A stretch of 64,000 nt of DNA from Raja brachyura (Eukaryota). The notes beneath the pieces are model-generated. The model was not told where the DNA came from. It made no database searches and saw only the letters and a list, made by a program, of their open reading frames with translations. Position numbers and translations under genes: made by a program. The stretch spans positions 110,732,001 through 110,796,000 of the forward strand of contig OY740786.1 of assembly GCA_963514005.1 (NCBI GenBank), given 5' to 3'. Each line of letters opens with the position of its first letter. Positions within the stretch are counted from its first letter, which is position 1. This document shows, in pieces, positions 12,063 through 24,181 of this stretch.

Positions 12063-15000
12063 CATTGATAGCCTGTGCACATCCAGAGGTGTTGACTATT
12101 TCCTTTGATTGGTCCCTCTGATGGATAATACAGAGGTAATATACAGAGTAGAATACCAGTTTCGGAGTTCAACTTTCAAACAAAGGTACTAAACCAATTG
12201 AATCCTGTGCAACGAGCTGGGACTTGGGGCTATCGCAGAGCTAATAAATGCCACATCCTCCAAGCTCCAACCTAGAATGTGGAACTGAGCAGGATGCTGG
12301 CACAAACCATCTTCCTCGATGACAACTCATCCAGTTTTTCAACATGAAACACCAGTAGCGTTAATGTTCATGGGACCCCAAGTAATAAAATATGCCCTGG
12401 GATGATCATTTATAATTAATCTGTGCACATGCAGGTTGTTGCAGGGTGCGCATGAAATTCAAGCCCTCTGTTCATTATCACAATTTCAATGACCAGCTAC
12501 CCTTGGCTCATCAACACTGGGGCCAAATTCAATAGAGGTGTTAAAAGCTTCTCACCGTGATTGTTCACAGTGGCTGGAACTAGTGGCAGATGTTTCACTG
12601 AGGAGCTGCAGAAAAACATGGGCAGAGTGGATTTATCGATTTGCTGGTGGTAAGAAAAGGAGAAAGATCATCTTCCTACACTGGCCTGCAAAATAGTACG
12701 GCCCTGGACTGCACGATATCAGATGCAGTGCCACCAGGGGTTCAATGATCTCATGTGAGAGGTCGTGGTCAGTGAGAAAAGCTCACATTACATCACCAGC
12801 AACTCTGCCAACAATGATACATGCTGCAAAGTACACTACACCCCCACCACAATTCTCTCTTACAACAAGCTGCAAGCGGACTCATATATTGTACATGACA
12901 TCGCTGCAAACTGCACCATGGTGCAATGTAGCCCAACCTCTCTGGCAAAGCAGATTTTAGACGAATGAAATGGCAAAAATAATGTCAAATACCGCAGCTC
13001 TGTTATTTAAGAGCAAAACCTTAGTGTTCAAACTAAATTATTATTAATTCTGAAACAGCTCACTGTTGGCCCGCAGTTTATATTTACGTCTCTGGGCCAA
13101 CAACAAGAACCGGGATTCATCTACTCTTGTTAAGAGTTCTGTACGTAGTACTTGCTATCCCATTAGTCAACCTGAAGACACAGATCAGTGCTTGATGGGT
13201 TTTTGATTTATCAAATTGACTTATAGATCATAGATCAAATGTAGCTATAGTAAAACGACATTTATTTATCTAACATCAGCTGCTCATGACATCTCAAGGA
13301 CAATACTCCAGCTTTTTAAACAGCAAGCAATGTTCACACAGAAGGTTGAAATAAATTGAATGCAACATTTAAGCTTGCTGCAACAAGGAGCCGGAATGAC
13401 AAGGACTCCTCCCCCAAAAATCCCTCCTTTGTTAAGCAGACTGTGGAAAAAGGGTCCATTCAACTGCACCACTTGTAATCCCTATTCACTTTCTCTTGAT
13501 GAATAAAAGAAAACACAGTTCTTTGTACTCTGTGTGTTCCACGAAATGCACTCTTGTTTAGTCTGCAATGATGTAAAAATAATTTTATAGGAACTGGGAC
13601 TAGACATGGAGTAACTGGATTACACAGCGCTGGTGAATTGTTGAATGTGAAGAATACTAAAAGGAACATGAGCTCTCTTGGTGGCAAAAACAACCAGGGT
13701 CCCATTCTCCACTTTAGGACTGTGGAATACACGAATGAGTATCCATTTTAGTTTCAATCTCTCAGCTAATTAGCTTGCACCCAATAAAATATCAACCAGG
13801 AGTGAATCTGACGTTTTATCCCACTGAATTAGTTATGCTACATTCAAGTGCCTTCTTTAGACATGAAACTTAATAAGTGCCATAAAGTACATCAGAATTG
13901 ATCCGATATCATGCCTTTGAATAAAATTCTTATAAAGTTCTAATGCATGTGGGAATGTGCTGGTACATTTATTTCAAAGTAGCATCAAATCAAAGTAGCA
14001 TCTGCATCAGATATGAAAAGCTTCCTCCAGTCAAATAGAAGTAAGTAAGGTAACTGAATGGATTGAAGATTTTCCAACTCTTGTATGTGTCATTACTTTA
14101 AGAGACACCACAGAACCTTTAACACAGTGGGTCGCTTGACAGGGGCAACTTGATTTGTCTAGCTAACAGGAAAGGTCACTGCCATGTCAAGTTTTATGCA
14201 GTCCCCTTCTCCTTCTGGGGAATTTCTCTATGCCGTGAAACAAAGACATGGTGGGTGCCTATGAATATTCCTAACACTGGCAAGTTTTTTTTAAATCAGC
14301 GCACAAAGACTAACCTTCCATTGGTAGGCATGAGAATATAGTATTCACCTCCCCCACACCCTTCATCAATAAGGCCACTTATCTGAAATGGAAGCAACGA
14401 GCTCCGCAGTAATTGTCTCACATTATACCCAAGTCCTTCAAGGACGACAAGGAATTCTTTAAACTCGAGTGTCTTGATTTAATGAGCACAGATTCTTGGG
14501 GCCATGATTGTCTGCAATAAATGTGAGCTTCAAACGTTGCCCGTGGCAAAGAGAAAGTGTGCGAGGGGGACACTGGCCACTTCCCATGACTAACAACACT
14601 CCTGTATTTTCCACAGCCCAGCTCTCATGCAGCATCAAATGCAACCAGCAATTACAAATTGACAATATTTTCACTGTGGTAAAGGAGTTTGGAATTTAAA
14701 ATCAAAAGCAATAGTACTTCAAACTCTAAAGCATTGTTTGGATTCTATCTTTTCATGTTTGATGGTTTACAGCCTTGAGGGTTGAGGAAGCCATGAAACC
14801 AATCATCTCTTAACATAAATAGTGAATGCTAAAGTAATTACTGAACACACAAATAAAAAGTTGTATCCAATAACTTTTAATGCCTTATATAAGCTTCAAC
14901 ATCATAATTTTAAAATCCGGGGATAAAAATGAGCCGGCATGATGATCTTAGCTCAGACTGTAGGGACGGGGTAATTTACATCATGGCACCAGGACAACTG

Positions 15001-15499
15001 TACCACTTGCAGTTCTCCCCGGGAGCTCTATAGTGTGAAAGAATTTTAAAAAGACATCATGAAAAAGAAGTGGTGCAAAAGATATAATTCCTAGTTTCAT
15101 TTATCCTAAGGTTCGGGCCAATAAGAACTGAAACCCATGTGGTGGAAGATTTCTTACAGCATTTGTACGGGAAGTCAGCCTACACCACAAGGGATACAGG
15201 GCCATTTGCACTTTTGGGATAATGGGTTTTAGATGAAAGCTGAAAAGATTGTGAGATAATGGATTCACATGTGCTGTCATGGACTATGGGAGAATGGGTT
15301 CAACTAAAAACCCTTTATCCTATAATCCATGATATAACATGTGAAAGCTGTGAGTTTGAAAGTATATCTTGCTTCTCTTGCCAGTGGGAATTTTGAGAAC
15401 CTAGCCAAGCATAGGTCAAAAACCATTTCATCCCAAATCTCTCTGCTATCTGCAATTGCATTGTCTCTACTATCTCTTCCACATTGTCTCTGTTACAGT

Positions 15500-15722
15500 C
15501 CTGAACTACTGTCTACCTCATTGGAGACCCTCGGACTATCTTTGATCAGACTTTACTGGCTTCATCTTGCACTAAACATTATTCCCTTTATCAAGTATCT
15601 ATACAATGTGAATGGCTCGATTGTAATCATGCTACTGATCAGTCTTTCTGCTGACTGGTTAGCACTCAACCAAGCTTCTTCACTCTACCTCGAACATTAA
15701 ACTAAAATGAAATAAACCTAAA
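15500..15722 (+). mobile_element. non-LTR retroelement 3' tail (second copy at ~41575-41713)
   Basis: Both copies share aatggctcgattgtaatcatg...ctgactgg.tag.ac.caac...cttcact.tacctcg and end in an (aacta)-type tail. Confidence 0.55.
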
Positions 15723-15819
15723 ACTACATGTAAATTAAACACAAATTTCTCAGTTCTTGTTATTTCGATGATACAGTTGGAATTGCCTTGATTGATAGCT
15801 AAACAAGAAAGACAAGTCA

Positions 15820-16005
15820 AAGATAGACACACAAAGCTGGAGAGAAAGAATGGGTGACGTTTCGGGTCGAGACGTTTGTAGAAGGGTCTCGACCCAAAAT
15901 GTCACCTATTCCTTCTATCCAGTGATGCTGCCTGTCCCGCTAAGTTACTCCAGCTTTTTGTGTCTATCTTCGGTTTAAACCAGCATCTGCATTTCCTTCC
16001 TACAC
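15820..16005. mobile_element. fold-back pair of Penelope-like-derived repeat
   Basis: gacgtttcgggtcgagac...agaagggtctcgacccaaaatgtcacct...cagcatctgcatttccttcctacac. Confidence 0.7.
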
Positions 16006-16350
16006 ACTAAAGACATGCCACCGCATATTTATAATGTGCCCCTTCAGATGTTTCAGTTGAGTTTTAAGCTAAAAGGACATGGTTCATTAATTGTTCCTTG
16101 CACCCAATGGTCTGTTTAGAGCTGTATATTTTTAACACCACTTCACCAATGTTTTACTCATGACAACTCCCTCCTTTGCTGCCAAATGGTATCAGTCATG
16201 AACCTGGTTAAGGAAGCCTTCCATTCGAATCTGCCTCGCAGTGGCTGGGTTAAATTTGGTGAGCTATCAAGCATTAGCAAGAGAGAGCAAGAGAGAAGGG
16301 AGAAAACAAAATGGCTGCAAGAGAGGTGTAGGAGGAATGGCAAATGCCCA

Positions 16351-16497
16351 TTTACACCAAAGAGAGACACAAGACGCCGGAGTAACTCAGCGGGACAGGC
16401 AGCATCTCTGGAGATGCTGGCTATCCCGCTGAGTTACTCCAGCATTGGGTGACGTTGGGTTTCCTATTCTCCAGAGATCCAGCATTTTGTGTCTATC
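16351..16497. mobile_element. rearranged palindromic Penelope-like-derived repeat
   Basis: ggagtaactcagcgggacaggcagcatctc-tg-gagatgctggctatcccgctgagttactcc forms a hairpin. Confidence 0.65.
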
Positions 16498-16535
16498 TAC
16501 AACAGCAAGAGAGGAACACTTTCTCCTGCTTCAAT

Positions 16536-17080
16536 CATAGAAACATAGAAAATAGGTGCAGGAGTAGGCCATTCGGCCCTTCGAGCCTGCATCGCCATTC
16601 AATATGATCATGGCTGATCATTCAACTCAGTATCCTGTACCTGCCTTCTCTCCATACCCCCTGATCCCTTTAGCAACAGAGGCCACATCTAACTCCCCCT
16701 TAAATATAACCAATGAACTGGCCTCAACTGGCCTGAACTGTGGCAGAGAATTCCAGAGACTCACCACTCTGTGTGAAATTTTTTTTCCTCATCTCGGTCC
16801 CAAAGGAATTCCCCCTTATCCTTAAACTGTGACCCCTTGTTCTGGGCCTCCCCAACATCAGGAACAATCTTCCTCCATCTAGCCTGTCCAACCCCTTAAG
16901 AATGTTGTAAGTTTCTATAAGATCCCCCCTCAATCTTCTAAATTCCAGCGAGTACAAGCCAAGTCTATCCAGTCTTTCCTCATATGAAAGTCCTGACGTC
17001 CCAGGAATCAGTCTGGTGAACCTTCTCTGTACCCCCTCTATGGCAAGGATGTCTTTCCTCAGATTTGGAGACCAAAATCA
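16536..17080 (-). mobile_element. 5'-truncated CR1 LINE
   Basis: YSLEFRRLRGDLIETYNILKGLDRLD; catagaaacatagaaa tail. Confidence 0.9.
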
Positions 17081-19149
17081 CACCTCCTGCGGGCAGGCTG
17101 GAGACCCCAATACATGGGAAACATCAGAATTCTGTTCTCTGAGATGTTCGACACTACTAGGAATTGGACTGCTTGAGGGAGAAGAGCCAACTGCCCTCGA
17201 CATGAAAGATCAGCACTGTAGTTAGATGCACAAACAGCCAAAGTCAGAGTGCGGAATGCTTAGTATGATACGACACGATATAACCTTATTTATCCCAGGA
17301 GGGAAATTGATCTGCCAACAGTCGTAGAAACAAAAAATACATTATTCTTTTGCAAGGAATTAATTCAACATCACATTTGTTGATTTAAAAGGTTACTGCA
17401 AATTTAACTCTTGCCACATTGTAACATGACCCATTACGCTGGAGCAATCTTATTTTGAAAATGGTTATTGCCGCAACTTGAAAACTGGATTGGCACAACC
17501 TGTAGATAAACTCTATGTGACAACATACACAATATCTCCTTAAATTAACTATAACGTGCTCTAGGCCGCACTGTCTCAGAGCCAATAAGTCTCTGAAGAC
17601 ATTCTTTATCTACAGTGAGAGCATATGTGGGTTCACAATTTAATTCCCTCTATTGTATTTTTATATTCTGAGAATCTAAATTCTACCTATTAATGGATTA
17701 GGGTGTAAAATCTCAATTTGCACATAGTCGATTAGTCAAAAATGTGAAGTAAATTGAACGTAAATTAATTAAGATAGAAAACCATATTCAACCCATATAC
17801 TTACTTTTATAGACATCCATAATTGTCCTGCTGAGTTAGAGATTGATTCATCTATTTTAAATAATTCCCCTAAGTTTTCTGTTTCCTTAAATGTTGACGT
17901 CCAATCGTGCAAATAATGTAAAGGTCAATGAAACCACATTTTTGAATATTATGTTAGCCAACTATTACTTGAGAATTCTCACTCTCTAAAGAGCTTTGTT
18001 ACACTGGAACATTCTTACATTCCTTAGCCAGTTGTTTTAAGATTGAGGTATCGCTTTGCTTAAATATCAATCAAGTTCTTCTTTATCAGCATGTTTAACT
18101 TTTCAAGTAACAGAGATATTTTTTGAAAAGTTCTGTCATTTGAAAGCACTTAATTAATTATGGAACAGCACAAATCATGCCATTTTTTAACCACAGCTAA
18201 CCAAGAACTACAATCATCAAAATCTCAAATTCTATTATGTGGAACCTATTTTTTTTTTGTCTGGAAAACACCTACATTCAAATGTGAAATATCACAGATT
18301 TAAGGAAAATTGCAATCTGATCATTTGGCATTCTGGATTTGAAAGAACAGAGGGATGGGTTTTTTAATTATTCGGCGAAAATAATTCAATATGAAAATTA
18401 GCCCTTTTCAATCCGACGGCTTTCACTTCTGATAACTGTCCAATCGCAAATAGACGCAATGATATTAATGACCCGATGATTACCCTGCTGGCTCCAGTCA
18501 GGCAGAATGCACTGGTTTAGGCAGGAGGTCAGTGGTTGGTTAGTCGATGTCTGCATTCACTGAGATAATGCCAGTTGACAGCTTGGACTACAGTGTAACT
18601 AATGAGAAAGCACACCACCCTGCTGCACAATGGCTGGTTTTAAAACTATGATGTACATGAAGCTATTTGGTTTGACTACAAACCATACTCCAGTAAACTT
18701 AATAAAGTGCCACAGTCAGGTTGTGCCCCGCTGATGAACCTGACTGTTTTACACGAAGAATCTTTACTTGGTCAGAATCCGCAGCAATTTTCCACTTGTC
18801 TGCTTCAATAAAACATGTGTTTGTCAGGCATTTTTAGATCAAAGGCTACAAAATAATGTTTGTAAAACACAATCTGCCATTGATATCATGTGGCTGCCTT
18901 TATGTTGGAGTTAACAAGATTATGCATGTACTCAATTTCTGCATTACCATCTGTGGTGGATGAATGAAGCAACTGCCACCCTCAGCACCAAAAATAAATC
19001 AAAATCATATAAACTTCAAAGGATCAGTCTCCACAATAAAGTAACTCCTACAAATCTTGTAGATAACCAGTGGTGGTCTACATGAAGGGTCTACATGTTT
19101 TTATTCTCTGCTGCAGTATTTCTCAGCCCTTGTTTTCTAGTAACACACC

Positions 19150-19490
19150 TGGCTTTGAGTCAGAAGCTGTGAGTGCAATTTCACTCGAGAAATATAAATG
19201 CAAAATTCAGAGACCGTGGCAGATGGAAGTGCTGTTTTTTGGATGAGATATTGGACCGATGCTTTCTCAGGCACATTTTTCCCAGAAAAACATTCCCCAA
19301 AAAAATCAGATAAATTCTTCTGAATATCCAGGCCATTACGTGTCCCTGAACCAAACACAACAGTTGTCTGATAATAGTTGCGGAATCTTGTGGTGTATAA
19401 ATTGCAGCAAGTACCCCACATCACCACAGTAATTACCTTTCATTAACTTGTTTCGAAAATGTCCTGACACTAAAAAAGTGATATAGGGGC
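19150..19490 (+). mobile_element. DeuSINE-like remnant
   Basis: ttgagtcagaagctgtgagt...gaagtgctgttttttggatgagatatt...gcggaatcttgtggtgtataaattg. Confidence 0.45.
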
Positions 19491-20279
19491 ATGTCTTCCT
19501 TCTATATATTCTCATTTATGCATTTAGTTTTACTGTACAATTTCAGTTATCTATCTAATGAATATTGCTAAATGTCAAATGCAGCAAGTTACGTTAAAAT
19601 CTACTTATGAGATCAATTTAATTAACACCTAGGCATTTCTATTGTGAATTTTTAATGAAGTTTATGTAAGCACATCAGTTTCTACTTAAAATTCTAGCTA
19701 TGCTTAACAACATTTCCTGTTGTGAACATCTCATTGGGACCAAAGTTCCGGACCTTAATTATATAAAGACAATATTTATCATACTATAGACCAGAAGCAT
19801 GGAATTAAATCCACTTGTGTAACATGGTAGCCTGAAGTCTTATCGTATTGAATGCTTCTATATTTGAGCCAAATATAGGTTTGATTTTCATAATTATTGG
19901 CAATGTTCTGGATGACTTGGTCATACCAGGCTCCAAATGTTAGGACAGGGTTTAACTCCCAGGTTTGGCTTTGTGCAGCTACATGGACTTACTTAATTAA
20001 GCCAGACGCTATCAGACAACACATTTGCAGAGAGCACTTCAAAACGCTGCATGAACTGAATGCTGTCACAGCGAGTTATCATCATCCAACTGTAAGCTGA
20101 ACTAATGAGATCTACTTGTTGACCCAAAGCATTTGCATGTTCCCTCATTTCTAGTCCCTGAGTCAGAATTCTGTCCTCCTGGAGGAACAAAAGGATTGCA
20201 AATTAATTAAGGTGTCATAATTAGAGACTGGGCAAGACTGGGACACCTGAAAGGACACTTTTATCGTCTTAGTGTTCTA

Positions 20280-20640
20280 TAAGAAGACAAATGTAGGTCC
20301 CTTACAATCAGAGACAGGTGAATTTATAATGGGAAACAAGGAAATGCCAGAACAGTTAAACAAGTACTTTGGTTCTGTTTTCACTAAGGAAGACACAAAC
20401 AATCTCCCATAAATACTAGGCAACCAAGGATCTAGTGGGAGGGAGCAACTGAAGGGAATCCACATTAGTCAGGAAATGGTTAGGTAAACTGTTGGGACTA
20501 AAGGCAGATAAATCCCCAAGGACCTGATCGTCCGCATCCCAGAGTACTCCAGGATGTGGCCCTAGAAATCGTGGATGCATTGGTGATCATTTTTCAATGT
20601 TCTCTCGACTCTGGATCAGTTCCTGTGGACTGGAGGGTAG
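20280..20640 (+). mobile_element. CR1 ORF2 fragment
   Basis: ALEIVDALVIIFQCSLDSGSVPVDWRV. Confidence 0.85.
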
Positions 20641-21700
20641 ACCTCAAAGTGGATAACCTCACATTTATCTATATTATACTGCATCTGCCACGCATCTGCC
20701 CACTCACTCAACCTGTCCAGGTCACCCTGCAACCTCCTAACATCCTCTTCACAGTTCACACTGCCACCCAGCTTTGTGTCATCCGCAAACTTGCTAGTGT
20801 TGCTCCTAATTCCCTCTCCCACATCATTAATATATATGGTAAACAGTTGCGGCCCCAACACCGAGCCTTGCGGCACTCCACTCGCCACTGCCTGCCATTC
20901 TGAAAAGGACCCGTTCACTCCTACTCTTTGCTTCCAGTCTGCCAACCAATTTTCTATCCATGTCAACACCCTACCCCCAATACCATGTGCTCTAATTTTA
21001 GTCACCAGTCTCCTGTGCGGGACCTTATCTAAGGCTTTCTGAAAGTTTAAACACACTACATCCACTGGGTCCCCTTCATCCATTTTACTTGTCACATCCT
21101 CAAAAAAATCCAGAAGATTAGTTTAGCATGATTTCCCTTTCATAAATCCATGTTGACTTGGACTAATCCTTCTACTGTTATCCAAATGCCCCATTATTAC
21201 CTCTTTAATAATTGACTCCAGCATCTTTCCCACCACCGGTCAGGCTAACTGGTCTGTAATTCCCCGTTTTCTCTCTCGCTCCTTTCTTGAAAAGTGAGAT
21301 AACAATAGCTATCCTCCAATCCACAGGAACAGATCCTGAATCTATTGAACATTGGAAAATGATCACCAATGCATTCACTATTTCTAGAGCCACCTCCCTG
21401 AGGACCCTGGGATGCAGACCATCAGGCCCAGGGGTTTTATCACCCTACAGTCCCATTAGCCTACCCAATACTATTTCTCACCTAATGAAAATTTCTTTCA
21501 GTTCCTCTACCCCCTTAGATCCTCTGTCCTCCAGTACATCTGGGAGATTGTTTGTGTTCTCCTTAGTGAAGACAGATCCGAAGTACCTGTTCAACTCTTC
21601 TGCCATTTCCTTGTTACCCATAATAATTTAACCCGTGTCTGCCTTCAAGGGAACCACATTTGACTTTGCTAATCTTTTTCCCTTAACATATATAAAGATG
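20641..21700 (-). mobile_element. CR1 ORF2 RT segment (inverted relative to flanking pieces)
   Basis: PVDWRIA..SLFKKGAREKTGNYRPVSLT; [20 protein letters not shown]; [11 protein letters not shown]; DKCEVIHF. Confidence 0.9.
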
Positions 21701-23058
21701 CTTTTATTGAATGGTGTCAGATTAGGAAAAGGGGAGGTGCAATGAAACCTGGATGTGCTTGTACATCAGTCACTGAAAGTAAGCATGCAGGTACAGCAGG
21801 CAGTGAAGAAAGCTAATAGCATGTTGGCCTTCATTGCAAGAGGATTTGAGTTTAGGAGCAAGGAGGCCCCACTGCAGTTGCACAGGGTCCTGGTGAGAGC
21901 GCACCTGGAGTATTGTGTGCAATTTTGGTCTCCTAATTTGAGGAAGAACATTATTACGATTGAGGGAGTGCAGCGTAGGTTGACCTTGTTAATTCCTGGG
22001 ATGGCGGGACTGACATATGATGAAAGATTGGGTCAACTGGGCTTGGATTCACTGGAATTTAAAAGAATGAGAGGGGATCTTATGGAAATATATACAATTC
22101 TTAAATGATTGGACAGGCTAGATGCAGGAAAAATGTTCCCGATGTTGGGGGAGACCAGACCAGGTGGCACAGTTTAAGTATATGGGATAGGCCATTTACA
22201 CTGAGATGAGGAAACATTTTTTCACCAAGTGAGTTGTGAATCGGTGGAATTCTCTGCCACAGAAGGCAGTGGAGGCCAATTCACTGGATGTTTTCAAGAG
22301 AGAGTTAGATTTAGCTTAGGGCTAAAGTAATCAAGGGATATGGGGAAAAAGCAGGAAAGGGGTACTGATTTTAGATGATCAGCCATGATCACTTACATCC
22401 AAGCTGGTCAGCAAGTTCAAGGAACTGGGCCTCTGCACATCCCTCTGCAATTGGTTCCTCGACTTCATCATCCACAGACCACATCTGTTCTAGTTGGAGG
22501 AACCACTTCATCCTAAGTAACAATTAGTATGGGAGCACCTCAAGGCTGCGTGTTCAGCCCCCTGCTGTACTCACTCTATACCCATGACTGCATAGCCGGA
22601 ACTCCATCATCAAGTTCACCGATTGCACCACTTGAACATCGGGGAGCGAAAAAGACCACAAAATGTTGTGATCACTGCCCAGTCCATCACCGGCTTTGAT
22701 CTCCCCACTGTCAAAGGGATCTATCGTAGTCGCTACCTCAAAAAGACAGCCAAAATCATCAAGGACCCACACCATCCTGGCAACATACTCCTCTCACCAT
22801 TGCCATCAGGAAGGTACAGGAGCCTGAAAACTGTAACATCCAGGTTCAGATACAGCTTCTTCCCTACAGCAATCAGGCTATTAAACACAACAACGAATAA
22901 GCTCTGAGCTCTGAACTGCAAAAGACTATATTATTATTTGGTATTTGCACTATATATTTTTTGTGTCTTTCCCTGTTATGTACTAAGTTTACATATTCAA
23001 ATATTGTGTTGTGCTGCAGTAAGTAAGAATTTCATTGTCCCATCCTGGACTTCCATAT

Positions 23059-23259
23059 NNNNNNNNNNNNNNNNNNNNNNNNNNNNNNNNNNNNNNNNNN
23101 NNNNNNNNNNNNNNNNNNNNNNNNNNNNNNNNNNNNNNNNNNNNNNNNNNNNNNNNNNNNNNNNNNNNNNNNNNNNNNNNNNNNNNNNNNNNNNNNNNNN
23201 NNNNNNNNNNNNNNNNNNNNNNNNNNNNNNNNNNNNNNNNNNNNNNNNNNNNNNNNNNN
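23059..23259. other. assembly gap (N run)
   Basis: Run of N. Confidence 1.
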
Positions 23260-23746
23260 ACGACATGCTAACGGTAAAATATTTACATATTCTGGTAGAG
23301 ATTTATCCCGTGAATTCAAAAATCTGAAAAATTCATGTTTTATTTCTCGAGTTATTAATCAAAATATTCAAAATTCTGAAAAAAACATTGACTCTCAACG
23401 AGATGGTCCCGCTGATGATGTCACAATGGTTCTGCATGCTGCCGCCTTTGGTCTGCGCGCAGCGAGTAACGTCCCCCCCCCCCCTCCTCCTCTCCTCTCC
23501 CTCCTCCCCCATTATTCAAAAGAGACGCACAAAGAGCGAGCAAGTGGGGCCATGGACTGAAGACCAAAGATCATAGCTGAAGACTCTCTCCCCCCGGGCC
23601 TCGCTCTGGTGCCTGGAGCCTGCAGCTGGAGCCCGGAGCTGGAGTGAGGGAGTATTGCGTTCGGGAATCAGCCCTCGCCTGTGACGCCCATCGCGCCCCA
23701 CCCCTCAAACTCTACCCCCTCCCTCTCTGCCCCTGCTCACTCTCTG

Positions 23747-23942
23747 NNNNNNNNNNNNNNNNNNNNNNNNNNNNNNNNNNNNNNNNNNNNNNNNNNNNNN
23801 NNNNNNNNNNNNNNNNNNNNNNNNNNNNNNNNNNNNNNNNNNNNNNNNNNNNNNNNNNNNNNNNNNNNNNNNNNNNNNNNNNNNNNNNNNNNNNNNNNNN
23901 NNNNNNNNNNNNNNNNNNNNNNNNNNNNNNNNNNNNNNNNNN
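23747..23942. other. assembly gap (N run)
   Basis: Run of N. Confidence 1.
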
Positions 23943-24181
23943 CCCCGTTCCCCCCCCCTCCACCCCCTCCCCCCTGCAACCATGCATTAAGGGGACAGGA
24001 CCCAATGGGTCCCCTTTTTTCCAGTATGACAATAAAACTCTCTTGACCTTTGACTCTTGAATGGCAGTGCTGGCTCGAAGGGCCAAATGGCCTACTCCTG
24101 CACCTATATTTCCATGTTTCTATGTTTCTAAAACAATGAAACATGTTTAAACCAACTTGTTTTTGAGTTGGATTTGGGAAC

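Larger units (their letters stand above)
23052..24024 (+). mobile_element. non-autonomous Helitron-like element (two assembly gaps inside)
   Basis: Starts TC(CATAT); subterminal hairpin GGACCC-AAT-GGGTCC (23998-24012); ends CCAG followed by T (a CTRR variant); no TSD seen. Confidence 0.45.
22393..24060 (+). mobile_element. Rex1/Babar-like LINE, truncated and internally deleted; its tail is interrupted at ~23052-24024
   Basis: KLVSKFKELGLCTSLCNWFLDF and GAPQGCVFSPLLYSLYTHDC RT motifs; C-terminus IIKDPHHPG..L.PLPSGRYRSLKT.TSRFRYSFFPTAIRLLN; tail gaatttcattgt...tatgacaataaaac(tcttga)n. A related tail fragment lies at ~52375-52490. Confidence 0.7.
21705..24130 (+). mobile_element. CR1 3' segment (21705-22392) whose tail resumes at ~24057-24130 after nested insertions
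   Basis: LVHQSLKVSMQVQQAVKKANSMLAFIARG...HLEYCVQFWSP. Tail is split as agccatgatcac | ttgaatggcagtgctggctcgaagggcc...tatgtttct. Confidence 0.85.

Noticed and set aside
13948-13955. RBPJ-like TGTGGGAA sites (also near 3720, 25627, 51235), given that EFNB2 is a Notch target
   Set aside because: The number seen is compatible with chance in 64 kb, with no clustering or pairing; conservation data would be needed.
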